Shown here piece by piece: positions 28,158 to 37,527 of a stretch of 64,000 nt of DNA (position 1 is its first letter; every line of letters starts with the position of its first letter). The stretch is taken from positions 1-64,000 of IMG/VR virus record IMGVR_UViG_3300035689_000004. One strand, written 5' to 3'. The notes under the pieces were generated by a model, which saw nothing but the letters and a program-made list of their open reading frames with translations, had not been told where the DNA came from and searched no databases. The stretch comes from a virus. The position numbers were made by a program, and so were the translations under genes.

Positions 28158-28571
28158 TCATTCAGCCTTGCAGTCCACCGATGAGCCGGAGGAAGGGTTC
28201 AAAGTTGCCTTGCTTGGCTGCCAAGACAATGCGGGCAGTGGTTCGAGGTCCAGGGCCACTGCCGCCGTGGACTTTGGGAGCGTTTCCATGTGCTGTTGCA
28301 GCAATTGCGCTGTGCGTCCCCACATCAGCTGTCCGCTCATCGCGGCGGCCAAGAACTCAGCGTTTTGATGGGCCACCCGGTCAATAGCTGCGATCGCGGC
28401 CTCTTGGATGCCTGCAGCATGGTCCCGCTGTTCTTTTAGCGCTAACTGAAGTGGGTGAGAAATAGAAAGGCTGCCCGCCTCACTGGGACCCGGACCCGAC
28501 TGGGTACAGTTGGGTGCAGTCGCCCCCGGCTTGCGGGGTTGATTGAGCTTGTCGGTATTGAGAGCCATTAG
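28158..28571 (-). CDS. Hypothetical protein (probable start MALNTD)
   Basis: Helical ORF overlapping the end of the upstream HTH gene. Confidence 0.55.
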   Translation of the reverse strand, partial: LMALNTDKLNQPRKPGATAPNCTQSGPGPSEAGSLSISHPLQLALKEQRDHAAGIQEAAIAAIDRVAHQNAEFLAAAMSGQLMWGRTAQLLQQHMETLPKSTAAVALDLEPLPALSWQPSKATLNPSSGSSVDCKAE

Positions 28572-28842
28572 CTTTCTCCTGATTGCGATATTTTTCAACC
28601 TGACTGAGCGTGTAGTCCAACGCCTCTTGATGGGAGTAACCCCAACCCATGCACTGCCCATAGCAAATCAGCGCTAAGACATCCTCTTGGTCCCACACCC
28701 GCCGGCGGCCAGGCTGACCAGGCTCATAGCCCAGTTTTGCCATCCACCGGGATAGCGTGGAAGTAGGAATACTTCCACGGCTCAAACCCTGCGCCAGCAA
28801 GGTTTTAAGCTCGGTGTAGGTGTAGGTAACGGTTACTTCCAT
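28480..28842 (-). CDS. MerR/excisionase-like HTH DNA-binding protein
   Basis: YTYTELK...IPTSTLSRW...LG......RR.W...DV..L. Confidence 0.6.
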   Translation of the reverse strand: MEVTVTYTYTELKTLLAQGLSRGSIPTSTLSRWMAKLGYEPGQPGRRRVWDQEDVLALICYGQCMGWGYSHQEALDYTLSQVEKYRNQEKANGSQYRQAQSTPQAGGDCTQLYPVGSGSQ

Positions 28843-28879
28843 GGAACTTCGTGGAACTTCCACGCTCTAGGACTCCTGT

Positions 28880-28909
28880 ACTGTAGTTCCGTTGTATTCT
28901 CCCTGTCAA
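28880..28909 (-). promoter_or_regulatory. sigma-70 promoter of membrane-protein operon
   Basis: TTGACA-18 nt-TACAGT. Confidence 0.65.
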
Positions 28910-28979
28910 CCCCCTACTTAGGGGTTTAGTGGGGAGAAAGCGCTAAAATAGGCGCACCACTTTGATGGAGTAAAATCAG

Positions 28980-29228
28980 ATGGCCTTTACTGCAGAAGCG
29001 ATGCCCACCAGCAAGCGCAAACTGGTAGAAATCAAAATCAACGTTCCTGAGAACTTGCTGGAAAGAGCCCGACGGGTGTTTGAGGCGATCGGGATAACTG
29101 ACGGCGATGGCCATCGCGACGCATGGATAGCAGGCGTTTATCACATGATAGAGTGCGAAAACAAAGCTTTAGTCAACGAAAAACTCCTCAATGATTCTGC
29201 AAAGACAACAGAATCAGAACATAATTGA
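28980..29228 (+). CDS. Small ribbon-helix-helix-like regulator
   Basis: KRKLVEIKINVPENLLERAR pattern; divergent from the operon. Confidence 0.5.
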   Translation: MAFTAEAMPTSKRKLVEIKINVPENLLERARRVFEAIGITDGDGHRDAWIAGVYHMIECENKALVNEKLLNDSAKTTESEHN

Positions 29229-29604
29229 TCAGTACTTTTACTTACGTCATATAACCATGGCCTTCCTACCACCGCCGTCAGCAACGGCGATCGCTAGCCT
29301 TATAGCAGAAAACATCAGCAGCCTTGCCCCTGCAGGTTGCGAAATCAGTGTCCTGCCCCATCCTGTCTCTGGATACAGGGTACGGCTATGGGTTGCTAAT
29401 CATACCGCTGGCGCCCACCTAGCCAGCAACCTGTTAGCGATCGTCGGTATCCTAAAGAACATAATTCCCCTAACCTCTATTGAGATCAGGGGAGGCTTCG
29501 AGCTATTGGTAGATGACATAAGGCTAATTGAGCGCTTGTACCCTGATGAAACGGAGCAAGTGGACGGGAGGCGCGATCGCGTCCTTCAAGCTAGCAAGCG
29601 CTAA
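29191..29604 (+). CDS. Hypothetical protein
   Basis: Probable start MAFLPPP at about 29257. Confidence 0.5.
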   Translation: MILQRQQNQNIIDQYFYLRHITMAFLPPPSATAIASLIAENISSLAPAGCEISVLPHPVSGYRVRLWVANHTAGAHLASNLLAIVGILKNIIPLTSIEIRGGFELLVDDIRLIERLYPDETEQVDGRRDRVLQASKR

Positions 29605-29945
29605 CGCTTAGCTTCCTTTCTGATGGTGTGCCCGTAGGCGTCAAGTTCGCCCAACAGTACCCTCGCCAAATCATCTACCGTTGGGCGGATAGTGGACTCC
29701 AGAAATGTAAACTCTGGAATCCTGGATAGCGCCACGAGCACGATCCAGGCAGGCGTTTTTGCCAACCGTCCACCCCTGTAGATAATGTCTTTTGACAATG
29801 GGAAGCCGCTACGTTCACCAATCCACTTGGTGAAACCTTCCCAAGGCTCATTACTTCTCTTTGCTCTTAGCGCATCAATAAGCAGGGCAAAATTACGATT
29901 GCCCTCGCTAGTAACGTAACTCTTTCTCGAATTAGCCATTTTCAA
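29601..29945 (-). CDS. Putative repressor-like protein
   Basis: 114 aa, divergent from the replication operon (CI-like position); weak HTH resemblance. Confidence 0.45.
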   Translation of the reverse strand: MKMANSRKSYVTSEGNRNFALLIDALRAKRSNEPWEGFTKWIGERSGFPLSKDIIYRGGRLAKTPAWIVLVALSRIPEFTFLESTIRPTVDDLARVLLGELDAYGHTIRKEAKR

Positions 29946-30047
29946 CTACCTACAAGTAACACCCGGTCTATCGCAATTCTAAACCCCCATTGCAAAATTG
30001 TGAAACCTAGCACATTTGCACTACAATGGGGCGGAAGATTAGCGTAG

Positions 30048-30419
30048 GTGATGACGATGACCGCTGAGTACAGACGAATAGCGCTGCCCCGGCGTTATAC
30101 CCGGGTGGTGATGGGCGCCGCCGCCCTCAGAAATATGAAGCCAATCAACTACCAGGAGAAAATCCTGGTGGCAGCGGCAAAGAAGGTGATTGAAGTGGGG
30201 GCAGACGGCAAGCCGTTTAAGCCAATTACCCGCAAGCCAGGCGAGCCTAACCTAGCCTTGATCTTTTCTAGGGAGGGCTATGATACGATCCGGACAGCAG
30301 CTCAGATTGAGGGGCTAAATCCGCCCCAGTTTGCCGTGAAATATCTACTGCCCAAGGCGTTCAGGGACATAGAGGCTGGCTTTAAGGCCATTAAGGCCAC
30401 CTACGACGGGGCAGCGTAA
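30048..30419 (+). CDS. Hypothetical, possible DNA-binding protein
   Basis: 123 aa, Cro-like position. Confidence 0.55.
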   Translation: MMTMTAEYRRIALPRRYTRVVMGAAALRNMKPINYQEKILVAAAKKVIEVGADGKPFKPITRKPGEPNLALIFSREGYDTIRTAAQIEGLNPPQFAVKYLLPKAFRDIEAGFKAIKATYDGAA

Positions 30420-30421
30420 TG

Positions 30422-30457
30422 AAAAAGGCGATCGCATAACCGGCGATCGCCTTTTTG
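30422..30457. terminator. Bidirectional terminator built from two HIP1 sites
   Basis: AAAAAGGCGATCGC-ataaccg-GCGATCGCCTTTTT. Confidence 0.65.
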
Positions 30458-30536
30458 TTGTTTATTGCCAATAGACACCAGTTTGGCCCACGAAAGTAAC
30501 ACCTACGAAAGTATTACCAATGGAGGTAATTTTACC

Positions 30537-31787
30537 ATGAAATGGTTTGCTCATGACACAGATATGCACCGTAATCGCAAAATCCGTAAGCTTTTCCGCG
30601 TTCACGGAGGGGTTGCTTATGGCTTCTGGTGCGTGCTGCTAGAAAAGCTCTATGCCGCAGAAGGCGATTTTCAGATACCCGTCGATCATCTTTGGCTGGA
30701 GGACATCGCGGATGACATGAAAATGTCTGACTATCGAACCCCCTGCCGCATCCTTGACACTATGGCAGAAATAGGACTTATAGATCGTCAGTTGTGGGAA
30801 GAGCATATTATCTACAGCCCAGCGATCGCCAAAAGAGGCGACGGATATATGGTTAAACGCGCTCAGGAAGCAGAGAAAAAACGGCGCTACCGAGAAAAGC
30901 AACGGGAATTACTGACTACTGCTACAGAAGCATTGTCCACGGTGGACACCACAGGGACAGTAGGACAGAAGTTTATAATGTCCCCTGCAGATCCAGATCC
31001 AGATCCAGATCCAGATCCAGAGATCGATAAAAACTTATTAGAAAGCTATATAGAGTGTCCGGACATCGAACCGCTTTGTAGCGCTGACGCGCTACCCGAT
31101 CGCGACTCCATCTCAAAAATCAAAGAACCCGAATTATCCGAACCGGCTAAACAGGAAGCAGCCGATACCGTTACCCCTCTGGATAGCCAAGCAGAAAAAC
31201 CTGGGGCTCAACCAAAACCCCGGACAAGAAAAAAATCTACCGCCGGCGGCAAAACCAAAACCGAAGCCCAACACTATCCAGAAGCTTTCGCAAAATTCTG
31301 GAATGACTACCGCAATCACCTGAAGGCGATTGAAAGCAACGTCTGGGTTACCCAGAAGCGCCCAGAAGCAATTAAGGTATGGGACAGCCTGGTAGCCTCT
31401 GGAGTGCCTTTAGAGACGATTCTAGAGGGCGCTCAGGCATGGTTTGAACTTACCCTGCGAATGATGAAAGCCAAAGGCAAGGTTTACGGTGCTCCCCATT
31501 GCTGTCGGTTCTTGTCTGGCCGGTTATGGGAGAGTGCCTTGGACGACAAGCGATCGCAGCCTACCGCTGCCCTTCAGTCATCCGCCCGTCCCCAGGCAAA
31601 ACGCGACGGGCAGGTAGAGATTACGGGGCTGCTGATGGAGCTACGGCGGACGGTGCTATTGCCGGAGGACTGGCAAACCCGTACTGGCAAACAGCTATCA
31701 ACCCAGCTAGGGCCGGAGGACTCCGCTGACTATGCCGCATTCTTAAGACAAGAACGCGATCGCCTGATGAGCGGCGCTATTTTTTAG
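30537..31787 (+). CDS. Phage replication initiator (DUF4373/Lin1244-like N-terminus)
   Basis: MKWFAHDTD...RKI..L...HG..AYGFW..LLE; C-terminal F..FW..Y...K..A...W; DPDPDP linker. Confidence 0.75.
   Translation: MKWFAHDTDMHRNRKIRKLFRVHGGVAYGFWCVLLEKLYAAEGDFQIPVDHLWLEDIADDMKMSDYRTPCRILDTMAEIGLIDRQLWEEHIIYSPAIAKRGDGYMVKRAQEAEKKRRYREKQRELLTTATEALSTVDTTGTVGQKFIMSPADPDPDPDPDPEIDKNLLESYIECPDIEPLCSADALPDRDSISKIKEPELSEPAKQEAADTVTPLDSQAEKPGAQPKPRTRKKSTAGGKTKTEAQHYPEAFAKFWNDYRNHLKAIESNVWVTQKRPEAIKVWDSLVASGVPLETILEGAQAWFELTLRMMKAKGKVYGAPHCCRFLSGRLWESALDDKRSQPTAALQSSARPQAKRDGQVEITGLLMELRRTVLLPEDWQTRTGKQLSTQLGPEDSADYAAFLRQERDRLMSGAIF
30934..31066. repeat. Intragenic iteron-like repeats (candidate replication origin)
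   Basis: TGTCCAC-G-GTGGACA, further GGACA/TGTCC copies, and (CAGATC)x5 at 30988-31017. Confidence 0.5.
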
Positions 31788-31852
31788 CCTAGCTGTTGCA
31801 TATTTGCTCTAAGCGATGCTAGTGTAAATAAACATCTAGTACGGGGGAACCA

Positions 31853-32353
31853 ATGGATGATCAGCTAACCATGGAAGGGCTAGAATCCCTGATGGGTGAA
31901 ATGCAAACTTGGCATGGCAACAAGTTCCGGCTTGATGACGATGCCATGGAGCGATTGTTTGATTATTGCCACCAATGCTCATTGGATGAGCTTATTAAGC
32001 TATTTGGCAAGGCTTATGCTGAGTCATTTTTGACCCCAGCTCAACTGCTGGGCAGCGTTAAGCAACTGGTGCGCCAGGAGTTGGAGCGTAAGGCTTCAGC
32101 GGTGCCTAGTGGCTACAAGCGATACGCCGATATGAGCGATCGCGAGAAAGACGCTTACATCGCAGCTCAGCAACTAGCCAAGCAAAAGTTAAAAGCGAAT
32201 TTGGCCCAACTTCACCGGAAAGGCAAACTGCCCACTACCCGGGTGGGAGGGTTTTCTAGCGTAGGCGACGTTATGGTGCCAGCCATGTTAGGACAGGCGT
32301 TAGATGAGGCTGCCTTTAGCGATCGCCTGGAGGCTGCCAGTGGACTGCATTGA
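31853..32353 (+). CDS. Hypothetical protein (helicase-loader position)
   Basis: 166 aa after initiator. Confidence 0.6.
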   Translation: MDDQLTMEGLESLMGEMQTWHGNKFRLDDDAMERLFDYCHQCSLDELIKLFGKAYAESFLTPAQLLGSVKQLVRQELERKASAVPSGYKRYADMSDREKDAYIAAQQLAKQKLKANLAQLHRKGKLPTTRVGGFSSVGDVMVPAMLGQALDEAAFSDRLEAASGLH

Positions 32354-32606
32354 CGTTTTTTTGGCGAGAATCCAGTGCAATTTTAATATGGCACTGGAGT
32401 TGTTTAATCAAGACCGCGCCAAGGTCGAAGATTACATCTACAAGGTGGCCATTCGCTCGATTGTCCTTGAGGACGGCGTGAGCGAAGACGAGGCTATCCA
32501 ACGCCTGCAGGGTACATCCCCCATGCGTCAGTTGTCGCTGATGTCCTACGAGGCATTAGAGGCATTAGACGCCAAGTTTCAATCCGTTGTGGAGAGTTTT
32601 TTATGA
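32304..32606 (+). CDS. Hypothetical protein
   Basis: 100 aa ORF, start uncertain. Confidence 0.5.
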   Translation: MRLPLAIAWRLPVDCIDVFLARIQCNFNMALELFNQDRAKVEDYIYKVAIRSIVLEDGVSEDEAIQRLQGTSPMRQLSLMSYEALEALDAKFQSVVESFL

Positions 32607-33124
32607 TTACCCTTACACCAGAAAAGCTGGCCCAAGTGGCCACCCACCGCGCCTTCAAAGGCGTACCTGATGATTGCATTGAGGCGATCGCTGCCCTGGC
32701 CGCACAGGAAGTGCAGGCTGCTCAACGTGCACTGACTAAAACCCTGGTGCAGAAAATTCTGGCTGACAGCGAGGCTGGGTATATTTATGCCAAAATTCAA
32801 GACAAGTATGCTGATTATGGCTACTTTGGCTATTTCGCCCCCTTGGGACGTAAATCAGCAGCCTACCGGTTCAAATTCGAGTGTACCGGCTATACCCGCT
32901 TATTCCGCTCCCTAGCAGAGGCTGATGAGTACTTTGTCAATACCCTCAGCCGTCAACCGATGGCGGTTGGTAGGGGCTGCCCTACTTGCGTCTATGGCGG
33001 CCATGGCGATGTTGAGGGACGGTTCTGTGCTGCCCAGCGGTGCACGGTGCCCTACCGTCAGCTATGGCAAGCTCACTTGTCTTGCAACGGCTACAAGCCT
33101 ATTCATGCTGAGGTGACGGCATGA
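32603..33124 (+). CDS. Hypothetical protein with C-terminal Cys cluster
   Basis: CPTC...FC...C...C pattern. Confidence 0.6.
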   Translation: MITLTPEKLAQVATHRAFKGVPDDCIEAIAALAAQEVQAAQRALTKTLVQKILADSEAGYIYAKIQDKYADYGYFGYFAPLGRKSAAYRFKFECTGYTRLFRSLAEADEYFVNTLSRQPMAVGRGCPTCVYGGHGDVEGRFCAAQRCTVPYRQLWQAHLSCNGYKPIHAEVTA

Positions 33125-33345
33125 ATGAACCAGTTGTTTCTATGGTGGCAGACGTTAAGCCACCGGTTGCCGCTGCGATCGCGGCTTACCTCGATAGCCA
33201 CCGGGAATGGGACTGCGATCGCATCGTCAATGCCGCCCTCGCTATGTTTTTGCTGCAGGGTGGCAACTCGGGTGATCCTGAGTTGGCCCGGGTGTATCTG
33301 GAGGCTCAGTTTGGCGATGTGTTTCAAGCGGAGGAGCAGTCATGA
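33121..33345 (+). CDS. DUF2811-like cyanobacterial protein
   Basis: YLDSHREWDCDRIVNAALAMFLLQ...RVYL. Confidence 0.7.
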   Translation: MNEPVVSMVADVKPPVAAAIAAYLDSHREWDCDRIVNAALAMFLLQGGNSGDPELARVYLEAQFGDVFQAEEQS

Positions 33346-33509
33346 GTCCCCAGGTGAAAGAAAGCCTTAATTTAGCGATCGCGTTAACCAAGCAAGAGAA
33401 GCAAGTTGCCTATCAACTTGCCAAGGCGGTGCTGAAAATGCCAGATGCACCTCCTAAGGTGCGACAACTGGCGGAAAAGTTGCTGAAGCCATTGCAGGAT
33501 GCGGCGTAG
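33342..33509 (+). CDS. Small hypothetical protein (55 aa, not in ORF track)
   Basis: MSPQVKESLNLAIALTKQEKQVAYQLAKAVLKMPDAPPKVRQLAEKLLKPLQDAA; ATGA overlap. Confidence 0.55.
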   Translation: MSPQVKESLNLAIALTKQEKQVAYQLAKAVLKMPDAPPKVRQLAEKLLKPLQDAA

Positions 33510-33549
33510 CAAAACTTTCCCGCTAACACTGAACGCCATGGGACGGTTC

Positions 33550-34887
33550 CTATGGCGTTCTTTGCATTTTTAGCCGCACCTCTACCACTTCATTCCCCTG
33601 CAAGATCACCCGCTCCACCAATTCCGCGTAGATTTCCCGACGCCTTACCACCGGCAATAGGTTTAGGTCCGCCTGCGCGATCGCCATTGTCTTTTCCCGT
33701 AACTCTTGCTGGTTGGCGCTGGTATGGCTTTCCATCCCTGCCAGGTTTTGTAGTTCCGCCTCGATGGCAGCAATTTCTTCAGCGATCGCCGCCCGGTGGG
33801 CCAAAGGTCGAAGTGCCTCTAGTTCTCGCTCCAATGCGATCGCCTGCGGGTTTGCCGTTGATGGCTGTAGCATATCCGCCGCGATCGCCTCAGCCGCTTC
33901 TGCCAATGCCTCCTGCATGGCTGCTTCAACTACCTCTTGACGGCAGGAAAGGGTATAGGCGCATTCCCGGTTGCGATAGTCATAGCGGGCGGCACAGGCA
34001 AAGTACCGATGGCCTTTCGAGACAGTGCTGCGGCATCGGGTGCCACAAACACAGGACACAATCGGCGGCACCGGGTAGATGCGCCCCTGATTATGGCCGC
34101 GCAGTTGTCGGTTGAGCCCAATTAGGTAATCAATCCGCTTGTACTCCTCTTCGGTGATAAGCGCTTGGTGGGTGTTGTAGCGCCATTCATCGGTGCTGGC
34201 ATAGTGCAAATGCCCACGCAAGGCAGCACTACGCAGCCACCACCGCCAGCCCGCCCGGGACTTATAAAACCCGTGCTCCTGTTCCATGTAGACCGATAAC
34301 CCCGCTACATTGCCGTGCTGCATGTAGTGTTCTACCGCCGCCCTTGCCTTTGCCCACTCTGGCCCTGGCTCATAGCGGCTACCGTCCGGCGATCTCTGGT
34401 AGCCAAAGGGAGGTGGGCCACACATGGGGCGTCCCTGTCGCCTCATCTGGGCATAGGCGCGCTGGATACGTTCGCCTAGTTCTACTGAGTAATAATGCGC
34501 CATCAGTGATTTAACGCCGGTGGTGAGCAACCCTGAGGCGGTCTGGAGGGTGATCTCCTGTCCAGTGGTTAGCTCCTTCACCTGCACGCCCGCCGCTTCC
34601 AATTGGGCTAGGCTCTCCATCGAATAAACCGTATCCCGTGCCCATCGGGTCCACTCGATGACCCATACTGTAACTTGATGACGTTGACCACGGAGGTCTA
34701 ATGCTCGTTCCACCATGCGCAAAAATTCAGGGCGATCGCGCCTACGCCCCGACAAATTTTCAGCAAACAGTTCATCGAACTCAAGCTGTTGCTGGAATTG
34801 CTGCATCTGTAATTCCAGGCTTTGCTCTTCAGTCGATACCCGCCCGTAGCAAAGTTGATAGTGTGCCATGGTCAATCCCCTCTCCAA
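33550..34887 (-). CDS. Large serine recombinase/integrase (XisF-like)
   Basis: YGRVSTEEQ, SG....RP.F, TRWARD, PPFGY, zinc ribbon C.CG..C...C and coiled coil; likely start ATG 34869. Confidence 0.92.
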   Translation of the reverse strand: MERGLTMAHYQLCYGRVSTEEQSLELQMQQFQQQLEFDELFAENLSGRRRDRPEFLRMVERALDLRGQRHQVTVWVIEWTRWARDTVYSMESLAQLEAAGVQVKELTTGQEITLQTASGLLTTGVKSLMAHYYSVELGERIQRAYAQMRRQGRPMCGPPPFGYQRSPDGSRYEPGPEWAKARAAVEHYMQHGNVAGLSVYMEQEHGFYKSRAGWRWWLRSAALRGHLHYASTDEWRYNTHQALITEEEYKRIDYLIGLNRQLRGHNQGRIYPVPPIVSCVCGTRCRSTVSKGHRYFACAARYDYRNRECAYTLSCRQEVVEAAMQEALAEAAEAIAADMLQPSTANPQAIALERELEALRPLAHRAAIAEEIAAIEAELQNLAGMESHTSANQQELREKTMAIAQADLNLLPVVRRREIYAELVERVILQGNEVVEVRLKMQRTP

Positions 34888-34918
34888 TTTCAGCGTACTA
34901 CGCCGCCTCTAAAGGGAG

Positions 34919-34958
34919 GTGCCATGGTGAGAGCTGCTCAGAGTTCTAGCTATGGCAC
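34919..34958. other. Candidate att site (imperfect inverted repeat)
   Basis: GTGCCATGGTGAGAGCT...AGTTCTAGCTATGGCAC, 40 bp, just upstream of the recombinase. Confidence 0.4.
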
Positions 34959-35017
34959 AACTAGCCTAAATTAAAGTGTTATCGTAAGATATACACAAAT
35001 CGAACCCAGGAGGCAGT

Positions 35018-35242
35018 ATGGCTTGGCGTCCCCAGGCTTGCTTGGACAATTTGACACCCAAGCAGCCCTTTTACGAAGAACACAAGAAACGGGGTCAGCT
35101 TAGCCTTACCCCAACCGCGTGGGCTATCCTCAGCACCTTAGCAAAAAAAGCAGGCTTATCTCGCTCTGAATTTATAGAGCGGCTTGCTAGGGCTGAATTA
35201 AGCCTTGTCGATGGTGAAGTTATTCAAAAAACTCCTTCATAA
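35018..35242 (+). CDS. CopG/RHH family DNA-binding protein
   Basis: KKRGQLSLTPTAW..L..LA...GLSRSEFIERLAR. Confidence 0.8.
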   Translation: MAWRPQACLDNLTPKQPFYEEHKKRGQLSLTPTAWAILSTLAKKAGLSRSEFIERLARAELSLVDGEVIQKTPS

Positions 35243-37127
35243 TTTCGCTTTGGGTCTTGCTGTAATCAGACCCGAGCTCTATTGGCCCTGTGGGCTCCTC
35301 TAAGCCCTCTTCTATCACCTCTGGCTCTGGTAGGCTATAGAACTCACCCGAGGCCGCTGACAACTTGCACAGTGCCCCCACAACCGATGCAACCGCGTCA
35401 GCAATGTCTTTGTGGCTATCGACATCACTGCCTAGGGCAGTACGCGGGGCATCAATCCGCCCGGTTGATAGCCTTACCAATTTCCTTAGCTCCCCGAACA
35501 ATATCGGGTCGATGCGGTAAACCAACTGCCGGGCATAAATCAACGCCTTTAGTTCATCGTAATAGCCTGGGTTGCGGTCCACCGAGAAATTCTGGCTGCT
35601 AACCCCATAGTGGTATAGCAGCTGTCGAGCCGTAGCGCTATTGAATTGGTCAAACGTCACCCGCGCGATCGCAAACCCTAGTCGCTTACTCAGCAGTAGC
35701 ACAAACTCCACCGGTGTTTGCAGGTCAATTTCCGCCTGGCGGATGTCCACAGTTGTGGAATCGCCGCCCTCCCAGTTCATCCGCTGCAACTGGCCGCGCC
35801 CGGTGAAATGCGCTGCCTTCCAGCGAAAGGATAGGTCCAGTACCGGTATCAGTCGGTCTGCGCGATCGCCCACCGGCTCCAGGTGGGCCATGGCAAACCC
35901 AGCACTATCGCCCGATAGCCCCAGGTCGATGTGGATATAGTACTCACGCTCTGGTTTACCCTTGAACCAGTTGGCTAACATCGGAAAGCCATAGCTATCC
36001 AGTACCACGTCGCCAAATAGGTCGCGCTCTAGGATGGGGTCAGGACTGCGATCGCTACCCGTCACGCCATAGCGCTTGAGCAGGTCAGCCGTCCCACCAC
36101 TGGCATGACGGACAATTAGTTCAGGCGATCTAAAGTAGGCTTCGGTCGCCGCCCGGGGTTGGGCTGCTAGCTTAGCCGCCGATCCTTCTGGGTCCCTGAT
36201 AAATTCAGTCTCAAAGTCTTTGTATTCCAGGTGGGGCACGACTTCCCAGGTAGGACGACGTACCACAAATAATTCAGGAAACCGCCCCTCCTGGTGGGCT
36301 TCAATGAGCTGTTCCTGCGGGTCCGATACACTACGCGGGAAGCTGGTTAAAAAGCCCTTCCATGCCTTCCTAAAGCGGGTCCGGCAGGAGGTGACAAAGG
36401 TATTGAACAATGCCTCCGCTGTGGCCCCCTGGGCTTCTGACTCTAGCCCTGCAAACTCGCTAATCACGAATGCCAGCAGGTTAAACCCTTCTGCGCTACT
36501 GCTAATCAGCGGTAGGTTGTGGATGCGGATATTGTGCGGTAGCTCAATATAATCCGCCGCGTCGGTGGCTTTTTTGATATAGCGGTCAACGTCTGCGATC
36601 GCAAACTCGGGCCGCGCTAGGTGGCTTTTTAGCCAGGTGCAGGTGCGCAATCGGTTCTTTAGCTTAGTGAACGTCACCCGCCGCGTCTGGCGCAGGGTAG
36701 GTGAAGCTAGAGCAATATCAATGGGTTCCTGGGGGGCAAGCTCTAGAAAGTCTTGGGGGTCTCTCAGGCACAGCAGCACATGGGCAAACCACACAAGGCA
36801 GACGGAGGCTAGGGTATCCTTGCCCGCTCCCTTGCCGTAGCATAGGATGCCACAATTGTAAAGGGTTGGCGGATTTTGAGTAAACAATGCCTTAGCATCC
36901 GCCGCTGTGGTGCCTAGAAACTGGCTTAGGTCCTGCTGTTGAATATCCCAGGGGGTAACGTCCAGGTAGGCGCGGCAGAACTCACCCAAGGGTAAGGGGT
37001 CCTCTAGCCAGGGGGAGTCACCCGCCGTTGGTTCCTGGCCCTGGCTCATTAGCTCCAATAGCGCGATCGCGTTACCCTGCTTTCTCTGCATGGCGTTGTA
37101 GGATGCGGTGGAAGGTTTGTGCGTCAA
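35220..37127 (-). CDS. terL: Terminase large subunit
   Basis: GKGAGKD Walker A, FVISEF Walker B, HIDLGLSGD and HKDIADAV nuclease motifs. Confidence 0.88.
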   Translation of the reverse strand: MTHKPSTASYNAMQRKQGNAIALLELMSQGQEPTAGDSPWLEDPLPLGEFCRAYLDVTPWDIQQQDLSQFLGTTAADAKALFTQNPPTLYNCGILCYGKGAGKDTLASVCLVWFAHVLLCLRDPQDFLELAPQEPIDIALASPTLRQTRRVTFTKLKNRLRTCTWLKSHLARPEFAIADVDRYIKKATDAADYIELPHNIRIHNLPLISSSAEGFNLLAFVISEFAGLESEAQGATAEALFNTFVTSCRTRFRKAWKGFLTSFPRSVSDPQEQLIEAHQEGRFPELFVVRRPTWEVVPHLEYKDFETEFIRDPEGSAAKLAAQPRAATEAYFRSPELIVRHASGGTADLLKRYGVTGSDRSPDPILERDLFGDVVLDSYGFPMLANWFKGKPEREYYIHIDLGLSGDSAGFAMAHLEPVGDRADRLIPVLDLSFRWKAAHFTGRGQLQRMNWEGGDSTTVDIRQAEIDLQTPVEFVLLLSKRLGFAIARVTFDQFNSATARQLLYHYGVSSQNFSVDRNPGYYDELKALIYARQLVYRIDPILFGELRKLVRLSTGRIDAPRTALGSDVDSHKDIADAVASVVGALCKLSAASGEFYSLPEPEVIEEGLEEPTGPIELGSDYSKTQSEIMKEFFE

Positions 37128-37527
37128 AGTCTGGCCGGTTTAGTAGCGCGATCGTCGCCTCCTCCAGCGTGGTCGGGTTCATCTCCCGGTATAGCTGCAG
37201 ATACCTAGCCAGCGCCGTAGCGACGCCCTCCAATGACTTGGCCTCCGTCTCATTGACCGCACCCGCCAGAGTCTTGATGGTGCGGGTCATATAGTCATTA
37301 ACGTCGAGCCCGTCGATGGTGACTTTTGCCCCCGCCGCGATCGCGTCAGCGACCACCTGATTAGTGCTGCGGGTTGGGGTCCGGCTCAGCTTGCCCTCCT
37401 TGACTACCCGCTTAACGGTGCCGGTGGAGACGCCACAAATCTGGGCAATATCCTCAATGGTATTACCGGACTCAGCATAAAGCTTTTTAATTCGGGCTTG
37501 GATCAACTCTGGAGTCTTAGCAGGCAT
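37072..37527 (-). CDS. terS: Terminase small subunit (N-terminal HTH)
   Basis: TIEDIAQICGVSTGTVKR; immediately upstream of terL. Confidence 0.7.
   Translation of the reverse strand: MPAKTPELIQARIKKLYAESGNTIEDIAQICGVSTGTVKRVVKEGKLSRTPTRSTNQVVADAIAAGAKVTIDGLDVNDYMTRTIKTLAGAVNETEAKSLEGVATALARYLQLYREMNPTTLEEATIALLNRPDFDAQTFHRILQRHAEKAG

Noticed and set aside
33550-34887. Heterocyst fdxN excision element
   Set aside because: Recombinase is XisF-like, but there are no xisH/xisI genes or interrupted nif/fdxN gene; context is phage
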